64,000 nt of DNA from Kiritimatiellia bacterium (GCA_045627705.1 JAZQOE010000124.1:17865-81864); one strand, 5' to 3'. Counted from the stretch's first letter, positions 1 to 9,556 are shown. The notes: generated by a model from the letters alone, not told the origin. Numbers and translations are program-made.

Positions 1-1
1 C

Positions 2-640
2 TATGAAATCCCCTACGAAACCTGGTGGGGCAACAACGGCGGCAGTTACAAGGTCGATGGATTTACCTATGAATGGTTGCCGCTATCCGAGGGACTTCCA
101 ATCAAGCGCGGCGATTCGATCGTTGGCGATGTGCGCCTGCGCCGCGACGCTGGATCTCTCCATGTGCTGGCGGATGCGTTGAGCATGGTCGGCAATGACG
201 CTTCAAGGGCGTCCGCCGATGCGGATTGGAATCAAATGGAAGGCGTTGAACTTCTGTTGGCGCCGGAGGACGATGCCGATGCCGCCCATGCGGTGCGAAT
301 CCTCCTGACTGCTGGCGGCGGCAAGCCAGTCGCGTTGCGGTGGGACAATGACGCCAACGAATGGCAACCCCTGCGTGGTGCCGCCGTGGCTGTTCTTCCG
401 CGTTGGCACGGCTACGGATGGCGCCTCGAGGCGGAGATTCCGCTTTCTATACTGCCAGCGGACCTTTGCGCCGAGACGCCGCAGACCTTCCGCCGCATGA
501 AGTCTGGCAGCCAGGATCTCGTAACCATGCATGAGGCGCGCCTTGATTTCCGTGGGACGCCATACGTGAATGCCGGGCTTCGCCTGCGTGGCGACGACGG
601 CAAGGTGCAGCGCTATCCCTGGAGAGGGAAGGTGAAGTAA
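2..640 (+). CDS. hypothetical protein, 5'-truncated at window edge (C-terminal ~213 aa present)
   Basis: Reading frame is open from position 2 and continuous with the listed ORF 77..640. No recognisable catalytic motif. Confidence 0.35.
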   Translation, partial: YEIPYETWWGNNGGSYKVDGFTYEWLPLSEGLPIKRGDSIVGDVRLRRDAGSLHVLADALSMVGNDASRASADADWNQMEGVELLLAPEDDADAAHAVRILLTAGGGKPVALRWDNDANEWQPLRGAAVAVLPRWHGYGWRLEAEIPLSILPADLCAETPQTFRRMKSGSQDLVTMHEARLDFRGTPYVNAGLRLRGDDGKVQRYPWRGKVK

Positions 641-655
641 GGGGAGGTTGGAATG

Positions 656-2413
656 TCACGGCAGACACCGCGCGAAGTTGTCCTGAACACGATGGCGCGC
701 GGCTGCCTCGGTCTTCACGTCATCGACAGTGCGCGTCGCGGGGTCGTAGTTTACGCCCACGTAGATGACGCGCCGTCCGTCCGCCGCGTAGGCGTCGGCG
801 TAGCGCTTTTCACGGCACTGCGCGAGCGCGGCATCCGCTGACTTCCCGTACTTGAACTCGATGACGTATATCGCCTTCTCCGTATTCACCACCGAATCGG
901 GACGGCCGAGCGAATGCTGCTCTTCGGAGACGGCCTCGGCGCGGGCGAATACCATGTACGCGAGGAAGTAGCGCTTGATCTCCTTCTCGTCCTTGTCCAG
1001 CCACTCGTGTGGGATCTTCGAAAACGCCGTGCGCAGGAGCGCCGTGAACTTGGCACCCGTCTCGTCGGCGAAGAGTTCAGCAGCCGTTTCTTCCGCCGTT
1101 ATCGAGAAGTCATCCAGCTCGAAGTCTCTGCCGAAGACCGATGAGACATAGCCGCGGTAGAGCGACGAACGCACCTCCTCGTTCGGAATACGCAGGACGA
1201 CGGTCTCGCCGTCGATGCGGCGGTCGATCGTGAGATACCCGCCATGGTAGAGCAGCGCCACTGTCGGTGCTTCCAAGGCATCCGGCGCGTCAAGGGAGAC
1301 CAACTTGAATTTCTTCGCGAAATCCACTGGCGCGGCATTTCTCGCCTTCAGCGCATCGAAGACCAGCGTCGATCCGGCTGTCGCCTCCCAGTAGTTGCCG
1401 AACGCCTGGTTTGAGAGGGCGTTGCCGAGCGACACGGGGTTGACGACCTTGACAGGTCTGCGGGGCGAGAACTGGTAGCCGTCGTACCAGCGCAGCAGTT
1501 CGGAAAAGGCTTCGCCATACGAGATGTTGTTCGCGTCCGCGCACGCCTGGATGTGCCCGTGGAAATATTTCTCCACTTCCTCGTGCGTGTAGCCGAGGAG
1601 ATCCGCCGCGCGCGCGTCGAGCGAGAGGTCCTTTGGATTGTTGAACGCCGAGAAGATCGAGGTCTTCGCGAACTTCGTGACGCCCGTCACCATCAGAAAC
1701 CGCATGTCGCCGCAGTGCGCCTTCGCCTGGATGTAGAAGTCGTGCAGTGCCTTGCGCACGTCGGGAAGTTCCGCGCGTTCCTTTTCCGAGTCGAGGAACT
1801 GCGCGATCGGAGCGTCGTATTCGTCGATCAGCAGCACATACCTGCCGTTCTCGGACTTGTTCGCAACGGCTTCCAGCAAATTCTTGAAATTCGCGCCGCT
1901 GGTCTTCGCCGGGTCAAAGGGAACGCCATGTTCCCGGCAATGCCCTTCGACGAAATTCAGGAGATTAGACTTGAAGTCCGCAAAGTTGGCGGCCGATGTC
2001 TGGGACATGTCGAGATGTATTACAGGATAGACTTCCTTCTCCCAGTCCCAGTCGGTCCGCTCGATGGCCAGTCCCTGGAACAGCTCGCGCCGCCCCTGGA
2101 AAAGCGCCTTCAGAGTCGAGATCATCAGCGACTTCCCGAACCGCCGCGGCCGAGGCAGGTAGTAGATGCTTCCGGCATCAGGGCGAACCAACTCGTAAAG
2201 TTGCGCCGTCTTGTCAACATAGACATATCCGCGCCCGATGATCGAAGGGAAATCGTAGATGCTCGTGTCGATCGTTTTCATTCCATCGTATCGTACCACA
2301 ATCCATACTCGGTACACCACCTTTGTGTCTGTAGGATGCGTTCTGATGTCGGCCTGCAGAGTCGCGATGGTGTAGAATCCATCGGAAATCTCCAATTTCG
2401 CCGGTTCAACCAT
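656..2413 (-). CDS. AAA-ATPase-like domain protein with C-terminal PD-(D/E)XK nuclease-like (DUF1703/PDDEXK_9-type) domain. The true start is probably the internal Met near 2284 (MKTIDTSIYDF...).
   Basis: N-terminal region YVYVDKTAQLYEL...YYLPRPRRFGKSLMISTLKALF matches the 'predicted AAA-ATPase' family signature (YVDKT...RPRRFGKS). The C-terminus IYVIEFKYGKSADAALAQCREKRYADAY...VIYVGVNYD matches the associated PD-(D/E)XK domain. Confidence 0.7.
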   Translation of the reverse strand: MVEPAKLEISDGFYTIATLQADIRTHPTDTKVVYRVWIVVRYDGMKTIDTSIYDFPSIIGRGYVYVDKTAQLYELVRPDAGSIYYLPRPRRFGKSLMISTLKALFQGRRELFQGLAIERTDWDWEKEVYPVIHLDMSQTSAANFADFKSNLLNFVEGHCREHGVPFDPAKTSGANFKNLLEAVANKSENGRYVLLIDEYDAPIAQFLDSEKERAELPDVRKALHDFYIQAKAHCGDMRFLMVTGVTKFAKTSIFSAFNNPKDLSLDARAADLLGYTHEEVEKYFHGHIQACADANNISYGEAFSELLRWYDGYQFSPRRPVKVVNPVSLGNALSNQAFGNYWEATAGSTLVFDALKARNAAPVDFAKKFKLVSLDAPDALEAPTVALLYHGGYLTIDRRIDGETVVLRIPNEEVRSSLYRGYVSSVFGRDFELDDFSITAEETAAELFADETGAKFTALLRTAFSKIPHEWLDKDEKEIKRYFLAYMVFARAEAVSEEQHSLGRPDSVVNTEKAIYVIEFKYGKSADAALAQCREKRYADAYAADGRRVIYVGVNYDPATRTVDDVKTEAAARHRVQDNFARCLP

Positions 2414-2502
2414 GCCATATTGACCCTGTCCGTATGTGCCGCCATGCGTCGAAATGCCGCCACCGTGAACCCATCGGCTTTGGAGTACGTTAAATATGGT
2501 GT

Positions 2503-3396
2503 ATGGTCAGTCGAGAGACAAATGGGTTTACGCTGGTTGAGCTGGCGCTGGTGGTGCTCCTTGTGGGCATTCTGGCCTCGCTTGCCGTCGTGCGCCTGGG
2601 TAATACCACTGCCATCGCAAAACGGCGCGCCGCGGAGGCGGATGTCTGTTCGTTGCGCAATGCGATGGTTGGATCGGATGCCATGGCGGGCTACCTCGGC
2701 GACATGGGCGCAATCCCCGGTTTTTCGCCCGCGTTGCTCCGCGTGGGCAATCTCCTCTGTGCAACGAATCTCTTCGGGGTGGGGGATGTGCGGCTTGATG
2801 CCGACGACGGATTTGCTCGGCAGGGAATCGCATCTGCATCCGCTTTCACTTCCTGGGATGACGAAGCGAATCGCGGGTGGCGCGGCCCATATCTTTCCGT
2901 CTCGGCGGGAATAACAACCCCCGAAGGCGAATCCCATCTTTTCCCGCATGCCGATGACATCCGCTTCGATGGCGATTCAACTTTTGCGGCGCGCCGTTTT
3001 TTCCCTTCCGTTTCGCATCTTTCGCTCCCCGCTGAATATCGCAATCCCGATGGCGGCAAGCGTTCCGTCTATGGCTTCGCCACGGAGCCTGCGATCGGCG
3101 ATCCATGGGGCAATCCATACGTTCTCCAGATCCCGCCACCACAGGCGTTCGCTTCGCCGGACACCGTTTCGGCGCGGACGCGCTTCCGCTATGCGCGTTT
3201 CGTCTCGGCCGGTCCAGACGGCATACTTTCTACGCCGTGCTTTCCCGTTGATGCCGCGACATGGGGTGAAGAAACCCGCCGTGTTTCGCGCTTGGCCGGA
3301 CGCGACGCCCGCGGCGCATCCGCCCGCGGTGACGACATCGTGCTTTTCATAAACCGTTCGGATGTCTTTGAGGAAGACGAGTCGATCGAGCCATGA
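2503..3396 (+). CDS. type II secretion / type IV pilus pseudopilin, GspG-like
   Basis: Prepilin leader MVSRETNG|FTLVELALVVLLVGILASLAV, with the class III signal peptide G|F cleavage site. C-terminal DPWGNPY and GPDG motifs are typical of GspG major pseudopilins. Confidence 0.75.
   Translation: MVSRETNGFTLVELALVVLLVGILASLAVVRLGNTTAIAKRRAAEADVCSLRNAMVGSDAMAGYLGDMGAIPGFSPALLRVGNLLCATNLFGVGDVRLDADDGFARQGIASASAFTSWDDEANRGWRGPYLSVSAGITTPEGESHLFPHADDIRFDGDSTFAARRFFPSVSHLSLPAEYRNPDGGKRSVYGFATEPAIGDPWGNPYVLQIPPPQAFASPDTVSARTRFRYARFVSAGPDGILSTPCFPVDAATWGEETRRVSRLAGRDARGASARGDDIVLFINRSDVFEEDESIEP
2619..2632. repeat. copy of the dispersed palindromic motif core (aaaacggcgcgccg) inside pseudopilin gene 1
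   Basis: gcaaaacggcgcgccgcgg. Encodes AKRRAA. Confidence 0.4.
2986..3002. repeat. copy of the dispersed palindromic motif (gcggcgcgccgtttttt) inside pseudopilin gene 1
   Basis: cttttgcggcgcgccgttttttcc. Encodes FAARRFFP. Confidence 0.5.
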
Positions 3397-4442
3397 AACA
3401 TCCCTTCCATTCCATTGCATCGCGCTTTCGCGACCTCCCGCCGCGCCACGCATTCACACTTATCGAACTAGTGGTCGTACTCGTCCTGATTGGCGTGCTG
3501 ACGCATCTGCTTGTCGGCGAAATGTCGCGCTTTCAAACCCGTCGTCTCAATGAAGCGGCGGACACCCAACTCGAATCCCTCCGCCTCGCAATCGCTGGTT
3601 CTCCCGATTACCGCGATGCGACTGGCGCGCGCATCCGCGAAGGCTTTGTCGCCGATATGGGCCGTGCCCCGCGCGCTCTTCGCATCTATCCCGATGATGC
3701 TGGTTCCCCGCTTTCCCTCCGCGAACTTTGGGAGCGCCCTTCCGATGTCGCGGAATTCGCGCTCCGCCCTGCGACAGCCGAGAATCTTCTGCCGTCATGC
3801 GCTTCTCTCGCCGACCAGGATGTCTGCGTTCCTTGTGGCTGGCGCGGTCCCTACATCCAGCTCCCGATTTCGCAGACGCGTCTTCGCGATCCATGGGGCA
3901 ATACGATCGAAACGCCTGACACTGCTTCCTCGCCGCGCATTTTCGGCGCCGATACGAACGCCGTCGTTTCCGAGGGCGAAGAGATCGTGTGGGTGCGACA
4001 CCTCGGCGCCGATGGACGCGACGATTCGCTTGCTGGAGCGCACGGCGCGTTCCATGCGCTCGATCGTGATCGTTGGCTCCGTGTCGATGCCGATTCGGAT
4101 GCCAGGCCCGCAACGAGTCTTCTCGTGACGACCCGAGTGCTTGATTCGACGGGTTGCGCCGATGCGATGTCTATCGGTCGAAGCGTAACGGGCGTCCTTT
4201 ACTCCCCATGTGGCAGCGCGATTACCGCGGCCGTCGAAACCGCGACACTCCCTGCGGGGGCGAGCGTCAACCTCCGTTTCAAGGGCCTCACTCCTGGTAC
4301 GCGCATTCTCCGTTTGCGCCTTGGCGGACTTGCGCCAGAAGACCCGATGATTGTGGGCGTCGTCCATTCACTTCGGTTGCAGCCTGGCGACAACTCATTC
4401 GTTGAAACCTTCCGCACGGACTCGCAGGTGGTGGCGCCATGA
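3393..4442 (+). CDS. prepilin-type N-terminal cleavage/methylation domain protein (second pseudopilin, GspG/GspH-like)
   Basis: AFTLIELVVVLVLIGVL N-terminal helix. DPWGNT and LGADGRDD motifs. The start overlaps the upstream stop (ATGA), indicating translational coupling. Confidence 0.65.
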   Translation: MKHPFHSIASRFRDLPPRHAFTLIELVVVLVLIGVLTHLLVGEMSRFQTRRLNEAADTQLESLRLAIAGSPDYRDATGARIREGFVADMGRAPRALRIYPDDAGSPLSLRELWERPSDVAEFALRPATAENLLPSCASLADQDVCVPCGWRGPYIQLPISQTRLRDPWGNTIETPDTASSPRIFGADTNAVVSEGEEIVWVRHLGADGRDDSLAGAHGAFHALDRDRWLRVDADSDARPATSLLVTTRVLDSTGCADAMSIGRSVTGVLYSPCGSAITAAVETATLPAGASVNLRFKGLTPGTRILRLRLGGLAPEDPMIVGVVHSLRLQPGDNSFVETFRTDSQVVAP

Positions 4443-5530
4443 AGAACAATGCGTTCGATATCGTCGTGGCGATTACGCCCGATGGCGTTTCCCGCCTTGA
4501 TCTGCCAGATGGCAAGTTGCTTTCTTCGAGCCAACGCGACGGAAGCCCCTCCGAGGCCCTTGCCATTGCGTTCGGCTTGGGGCGTGTCAAACGCAATGCC
4601 CGCGTGCTTGTGCTTTCGACGGACTTCTTTTCGCAGACGGTTCGTCTTCCACGTCGCCAGATCGCTGGCCTTTCCGCTGCGGAAATCGAGACGGCGCTAG
4701 CGTATGAGATCGAGCCTTTCTCGAACATCCCGCGCGATCAGGGGGTCGCCGCATTCCAGGCGTTGACTGATGAAGGCGCCGACACCTCATCCTGGCGCAC
4801 GGTGCAAATCGCCCGCGCGGACTGGGACTCGCTTGATGCCGCCGCCATTGCCGCAGACGCAAGGCTCGCGGGATGTGCGCCTTTGGCTTCGCTCCCCGCT
4901 TCGGACGAAGCGATTGCCGGCGCTTTGCTGCAATACGCTTCCGATGCACTTTCATCTCCGCCGCGCATCCCTGTCGCCGCCGTGGCATCCACCACCGCAA
5001 AATCGCAGGTAATGCCCAAGGTAGCCGCGACGCTTTACCTGCTAGTCGCAATCGCTTGCCTTCTCCACTACGTTTTTGTCCCGCGCATGCGTGACAACTT
5101 GCGTACGGATGTCGAAGAGCGCGAAGCCCTCGCGGCGGCAAACGCCACTATCGCGAATGAAATCCGCGCCATCGAAGCACGCTCCGAGCAACTCAAAAAG
5201 AACCTTGCGGCGCGCAACGATGCCGCGCTTTCCCTCTCCGCGTACCGCAAGGCATGGAGTTCGCTCCTCCATGATCTTGTTACGGCCTGTGGCGATGATG
5301 TGATGGTGCGGTCGATTTCCGGTGATGTCCTTTCTGGTGGCGTCATGGTCGAGGCGATTGCGACCGATGTCGATGCCCCCGCATCGTTCATGGTGCGACT
5401 TGCCGATTTGACCGCGAAAAATGGTTGGATGTTGACTCCACGCGATGTGCGCAACGAAACGAAGGGACCATCGTCCTTCCGCTTCTCATTGGAATTTTCC
5501 GGGAAGCCCGATAACGGAGGTGCGAAATGA
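4439..5530 (+). CDS. GspL / PilM-PilN-like inner-membrane assembly protein (cytoplasmic domain, one TM, coiled-coil periplasmic part)
   Basis: Architecture only: an N-terminal ~200 aa soluble domain, a TM helix VAATLYLLVAIACLLHYVFV, then a coiled-coil. Position between the pseudopilins and the GspM-like gene. The start overlaps the upstream stop. Confidence 0.4.
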   Translation: MKNNAFDIVVAITPDGVSRLDLPDGKLLSSSQRDGSPSEALAIAFGLGRVKRNARVLVLSTDFFSQTVRLPRRQIAGLSAAEIETALAYEIEPFSNIPRDQGVAAFQALTDEGADTSSWRTVQIARADWDSLDAAAIAADARLAGCAPLASLPASDEAIAGALLQYASDALSSPPRIPVAAVASTTAKSQVMPKVAATLYLLVAIACLLHYVFVPRMRDNLRTDVEEREALAAANATIANEIRAIEARSEQLKKNLAARNDAALSLSAYRKAWSSLLHDLVTACGDDVMVRSISGDVLSGGVMVEAIATDVDAPASFMVRLADLTAKNGWMLTPRDVRNETKGPSSFRFSLEFSGKPDNGGAK

Positions 5531-6117
5531 ATAGCGGCCTCAAGATTTCAAATCGCGACCGCATCTTCATGATGTTTGCGCCGATGGCCTTTCTCGCAGT
5601 CGGATACTGGTTCTTCATCGCAAGGCCAATTTCGTCTGAAATCGCTTTGCTCAAGCATCGGGACGCATCGTTGGGTACGGCAGAAGAAATCGCTGCCGTA
5701 CGTCCTGGACTAGAGAAGAAGCTCCAGGAAATTTCACAGTCGTTTTCTGCCGCAAAGGCGATGCAGGATGAAATCATCGCTTCTTCACAACCGGCATACG
5801 GCGGTGAACCGGCTGAGATGATGCGAATGCTTCGCGAACTTTTCCACAGGCATGGCGGCAATGTCGCGACGAGTTCGCTGCGTGACGATGAACTGCAATT
5901 CGGACAAACCGCCCCAGTATATGTGGACTTGCTGAAGAGCTTCTCGTCCGCTGCCCCGCACCACTGGATTTTCGAGGTCGAGTCCGACTATGCCGGCATG
6001 GCGGCTGCACTTGACGAGCTTGCCAATAGCCACCAATGCGTGATTGATTCGCTTTCGATGCGGCCCGACGACACTGGCGCGTCATCTTGCGTCTGGAGAC
6101 TTTCGCTATGGATGTGA
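5527..6117 (+). CDS. GspM / PilO-like bitopic membrane protein
   Basis: 196 aa with one N-terminal TM (IFMMFAPMAFLAVGYWFFI), a coiled-coil and a periplasmic C-terminus. Operon context. The start overlaps the upstream stop. Confidence 0.35.
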   Translation: MNSGLKISNRDRIFMMFAPMAFLAVGYWFFIARPISSEIALLKHRDASLGTAEEIAAVRPGLEKKLQEISQSFSAAKAMQDEIIASSQPAYGGEPAEMMRMLRELFHRHGGNVATSSLRDDELQFGQTAPVYVDLLKSFSSAAPHHWIFEVESDYAGMAAALDELANSHQCVIDSLSMRPDDTGASSCVWRLSLWM

Positions 6118-7253
6118 CCTCCAACACCGCGACTTCTTTCCTCGATTCGATTTTCGCCCTTTGCGAAGCTTCGGGCGCTTCGGATATCCATCTCGCTGCC
6201 GACCAGGTTCCGCGGATGCGAATACAGGGCGATCTCTCGCCCGTAAAAAACGGCGCGCCGCTTTCCGCCGCCGAGTGCGAGTCGATTGCGCTTGGCCTGG
6301 TTGCGACGACTCTTTCGGCGGACGCATCAGATCCGCAGACCGCTGCGCGTGCGGCACTGCGTGCGAGTTGCGCGGTCGATGGCGCGACGACATCGCCAGC
6401 GGGACACCGCTATCGCTTCAACGTCTTCCTCGAGAATTCCCATCCCGCGATCGCCTTGCGCCGTCTCGATGATCGTTTCCTTTCGCTTTCCGAGCTCGGG
6501 CTTCCGCTGGGGCTTGCTGATTTCTGTGTTCAGCCGTACGGGCTCGTGATTGTCACGGGGCCCACTGGTTCGGGCAAGAGCACCACGCTTGCGACGCTTA
6601 TCGACCAAATCAATCGCGAGCGTCATGGCCATATCGTTACCATCGAGGATCCAATCGAATATCTCCACAAGTCGCAGTCGTGCCTTGTGCGACAGCGTCA
6701 GATCGGACGTGACGCGAAGAGCTTCAACGCCGCGCTTGTCGAATCGTTGCGACAGGATCCAGACGTGATTCTTGTTGGCGAAATCCGCGAGATCGACACC
6801 ATCCGCACTGCGATCACAGCGGCGGAAACTGGGCATCTCGTATTCACGACGCTGCATGCGGGCGATTGCGTTGGTGCCATCGAGCGCCTTGTCTCGGTTT
6901 TTCCTGCGGATGAGCAGGACGGCATACGGCGTCAGCTCGCGATGGTCTTACGCGGTGTTTTCGCGCAGCATCTTCTGCCTCCTGCCGTGCCAGGCACACG
7001 GCGCGTCGCATGCGGCGAGCTGCTTCTCGTGAATACCGCGATTGCGAATCTGATCGCGACGGGACGCGATGCGCAGATTTATTCGGCGATTGAAAGCGGG
7101 CGTAAATTCGGCATGCGAACTCTCGACCAGGAGTTGGCGTTCCTTTGCTCAAGCGGAAAGATTACGGAGCAGACCGCTCTTGCGATGTCGCGGAATCCCG
7201 ATGTCCTTCGCAGTTGGATCCGCTCGGATGCGAATCGCGAGGATGCGAGATGA
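6108..7253 (+). CDS. pilT: type IV pilus retraction (twitching motility) ATPase PilT
   Basis: Walker A GPTGSGKSTTLA, Asp box TIEDPIEY, His box TTLHAGDCVGAIERL, and the PilT-specific AIANLIATGRDAQIYSAIESGRKFGMRTLDQEL (AIRNLIRE-type) motif. Start chosen at MDVTSNTATSFLDSIF. The listed ORF starts at 6087. Confidence 0.85.
   Translation: MDVTSNTATSFLDSIFALCEASGASDIHLAADQVPRMRIQGDLSPVKNGAPLSAAECESIALGLVATTLSADASDPQTAARAALRASCAVDGATTSPAGHRYRFNVFLENSHPAIALRRLDDRFLSLSELGLPLGLADFCVQPYGLVIVTGPTGSGKSTTLATLIDQINRERHGHIVTIEDPIEYLHKSQSCLVRQRQIGRDAKSFNAALVESLRQDPDVILVGEIREIDTIRTAITAAETGHLVFTTLHAGDCVGAIERLVSVFPADEQDGIRRQLAMVLRGVFAQHLLPPAVPGTRRVACGELLLVNTAIANLIATGRDAQIYSAIESGRKFGMRTLDQELAFLCSSGKITEQTALAMSRNPDVLRSWIRSDANREDAR
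6245..6261. repeat. copy of the dispersed palindromic motif (aaaaaacggcgcgccgc) inside pilT
   Basis: Exact 15-mer aaaaacggcgcgccg. Encodes VKNGAPLS. Confidence 0.5.
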
Positions 7254-8737
7254 GTCAGCAGTCATCAAAAATCGACCTCGATTCCATCCGCATCGACCCT
7301 GCATGGGCCATGCGGATTCCATCGGCGTTGGCGCTGCGTAGGCTTGCGCTTCCGCTTTGCGTCGTGGATGGATCGCTTGCCGTCGCGATGGCGGATCCTC
7401 GCGATACCGCGACAGCCGATGCCATTTCACGTGCGGCGGGCATGCCGGTTACGCCATGCGAGGCGGATTCCGCGCAACTTCGCGCTTGGCTTCTTCGCGT
7501 CTATGGCGATTCGCGTTCGTCACAGTCCGTCACCGCGGGCGCGCAATCTGCGCAGTCTGGCGATCCCATTGCGATTGTCGATGGTCTCCTTCGCGCGGCG
7601 GCATTGCGCCATGCGTCCGACATCCATCTCGATCCAATGCGCGACGAGGCCCGTGTGCGCCTCCGCGTGGACGGCCAGCTCGAGGATTGCACCCGCATTC
7701 CGCCGGACGTAGTTCCCGGCGTGTGTTCACGGATCAAAGTCATGAGCGGACTCGACATCGCGGAAAAGCGCGCGCCGCAGGATGGCGCTTTCACATGGCG
7801 TATGCAGGGTTCAGAGCTGCCGCCGTTCGATGTGCGTGTCGCAACGCTTCCAGTACGTTTCGGCGAACGCATCACAATGCGGCTTCTCGAGACTGGTGGC
7901 GAGCGCCTTTCGATCGACGATCTTGGAATGGGCGAAACCCATCGCGCGATTTTCGAAAGGCTGCTTGAAAGTCCGCATGGACTGGTGCTGCTTACTGGGC
8001 CGACAGGGTCTGGCAAGACAACGACACTCTATGCGGCGATCCAGGCGCTTCTCCGGCGCGCGCCGCTAAACATCCTCACGGTCGAGGATCCTGTCGAATA
8101 CGAAATCGATGGCATCGCGCAGGTCGAGGTCGATTCGAGCGACAAGGTGAATTTCACGAAGGCGCTCAGGAGTTTGCTGCGTCACGATCCCGATGTCGTG
8201 ATGATTGGCGAAATCCGCGATCCGGAATCACTCGATACAGCTGTCAAGGCCGCGTTGACAGGCCATCTTGTTCTCTCCACGCTCCATGCCAACGATGCGG
8301 TGGGCGCTGTGACACGACTGTCGGACATGCATCTCGAACCGCATCTGGCCGCCGCGACGCTGCGCCTGAGCGTCGCCCAACGGCTTGTGCGCCGGCTCTG
8401 TCCGCATTGCCGTGTCGCGCGCGAACTCGATCTGGCTGGCGCGACTTCGCTCGGGCAACCCGCGCTTGCCGGGCGAACCGTATGCGAGCCACGCGGGTGC
8501 CTGTCATGCGCCGGCCGCGGTTATGCCGGCCGTATCGGACTATTCGAGATGTTTTCGCCTGATGCGGAAATCGCCGCGATGATTTCGCGGGGTGTGCCAG
8601 GCGTTGAACTAGCCTCCGCATTGCGCGAGCGCAGCTTCGCTTCCCTTGCCGACGACGCAAGGGGCAAACTGTTCGCGGGCGACGCATCTCTCGCTGATAT
8701 CCTTCGTGTCACGTTCATTTCCGATACTACAATATAA
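7250..8737 (+). CDS. gspE: GspE/PilB-family secretion/pilus assembly ATPase
   Basis: T2SSE_N-type N-domain. Walker A LLTGPTGSGKTTTL. TVEDPVEYEI, LSTLHANDAVGAVTRL, and a tetracysteine motif CPHC...CLSCAGRGYAGRIGLFE. ATGA overlap with the pilT stop. The listed ORF (7145) has a spurious 5' extension. Confidence 0.85.
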   Translation: MSQQSSKIDLDSIRIDPAWAMRIPSALALRRLALPLCVVDGSLAVAMADPRDTATADAISRAAGMPVTPCEADSAQLRAWLLRVYGDSRSSQSVTAGAQSAQSGDPIAIVDGLLRAAALRHASDIHLDPMRDEARVRLRVDGQLEDCTRIPPDVVPGVCSRIKVMSGLDIAEKRAPQDGAFTWRMQGSELPPFDVRVATLPVRFGERITMRLLETGGERLSIDDLGMGETHRAIFERLLESPHGLVLLTGPTGSGKTTTLYAAIQALLRRAPLNILTVEDPVEYEIDGIAQVEVDSSDKVNFTKALRSLLRHDPDVVMIGEIRDPESLDTAVKAALTGHLVLSTLHANDAVGAVTRLSDMHLEPHLAAATLRLSVAQRLVRRLCPHCRVARELDLAGATSLGQPALAGRTVCEPRGCLSCAGRGYAGRIGLFEMFSPDAEIAAMISRGVPGVELASALRERSFASLADDARGKLFAGDASLADILRVTFISDTTI

Positions 8738-8757
8738 TTTTTCCGAGAGAACCCATG

Positions 8758-8780
8758 CTTAAGGGGACAGGCCTTTTAAG
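8758..8780. repeat. degenerate copy (19/23) of the 23-bp REP-like palindrome, in reverse orientation, between convergent gspE and truB
   Basis: cttaaggggacaggccttttaag compared with the reverse complement of the consensus, cttaaagggacagactatttaag. The flanking 'atgcttaa...tttaagag' extensions also match other copies. Confidence 0.45.
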
Positions 8781-8836
8781 AGTGTGTTGCGGCGCCACGC
8801 TTGCCGCCGACAAACATGCGTATGGGATGGCGGCGC

Positions 8837-9556
8837 TTATGCGTATTGCTGGCATGGGATGACATGCGCGGCGAGTTCGTCGGGCGTCATCCCCAGCGCT
8901 TCCTTGAGCGGAACGGCGTGTGAAAGGTCGAGGCTGCCGGACCTGATCCTGCGCAGTGAAGACATGCACGCGCCGCAGCCGAGTTTCAGCCCGACATCGT
9001 GGCAGAGCGTGCGGATGTATGTCCCCTTCGAGCATTTGACCTCGAACGAAACGCTCGGCAGCGCGAATTCTGTCGCCTTGAAACTGTAAACGTGGATGAA
9101 GCGAGGGTCGCGCTGCACGGTCTCCCCCTGATGCGCGAGCTTGTAGAGCGGCACGCCGTTCACCTTGATAGCCGAGACCATGGGAGGCGTCTGCATTTGG
9201 TCGCCGTGCATTGAGTCCATCGCCTGTGAAACCTCTTCGGCCGTTATCGACGATGTGTCTTTTTCCACAACCGTATCGCCATCGATGTCCTGGGTCGTTG
9301 TCTCGCGTCCGAGGAGCATCGTGCCGGTGTACATCTTGTCGCCGCCCATGACGCGGTCGGAAAGCGAAGTTCCCTTTCCGAGCAGGATCACGAGCAGGCC
9401 CGTGGCATTTGGGTCGAGCGTCCCGCCATGTCCGACCTTGCGCTGGCGGAGATGGCGCTTGATCACGGCGACGACATCGTGCGAAGTGAATTCGACAGGC
9501 TTGTCGATGAGGAGAAGTCCGTCGATGTCGGGGAGGGGAAGATATTTCAGGCCCAT
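8837..9556 (-). CDS. truB: tRNA pseudouridine(55) synthase TruB
   Basis: MGLKYLPLPDIDGLLLIDKP...GHGGTLDP...PPMVSAIKVNG...FEVKCSKGTYIRTL are canonical TruB motifs. The listed 509-aa ORF is a spurious 5' extension into the neighbouring gene. Confidence 0.85.
   Translation of the reverse strand: MGLKYLPLPDIDGLLLIDKPVEFTSHDVVAVIKRHLRQRKVGHGGTLDPNATGLLVILLGKGTSLSDRVMGGDKMYTGTMLLGRETTTQDIDGDTVVEKDTSSITAEEVSQAMDSMHGDQMQTPPMVSAIKVNGVPLYKLAHQGETVQRDPRFIHVYSFKATEFALPSVSFEVKCSKGTYIRTLCHDVGLKLGCGACMSSLRRIRSGSLDLSHAVPLKEALGMTPDELAAHVIPCQQYA

Noticed and set aside
1553-2914. 453-aa plus-strand ORF overlapping the AAA-ATPase gene and pseudopilin 1
   Set aside because: Antisense to a gene with clear family signatures. 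It also runs through the pseudopilin gene in a different frame.
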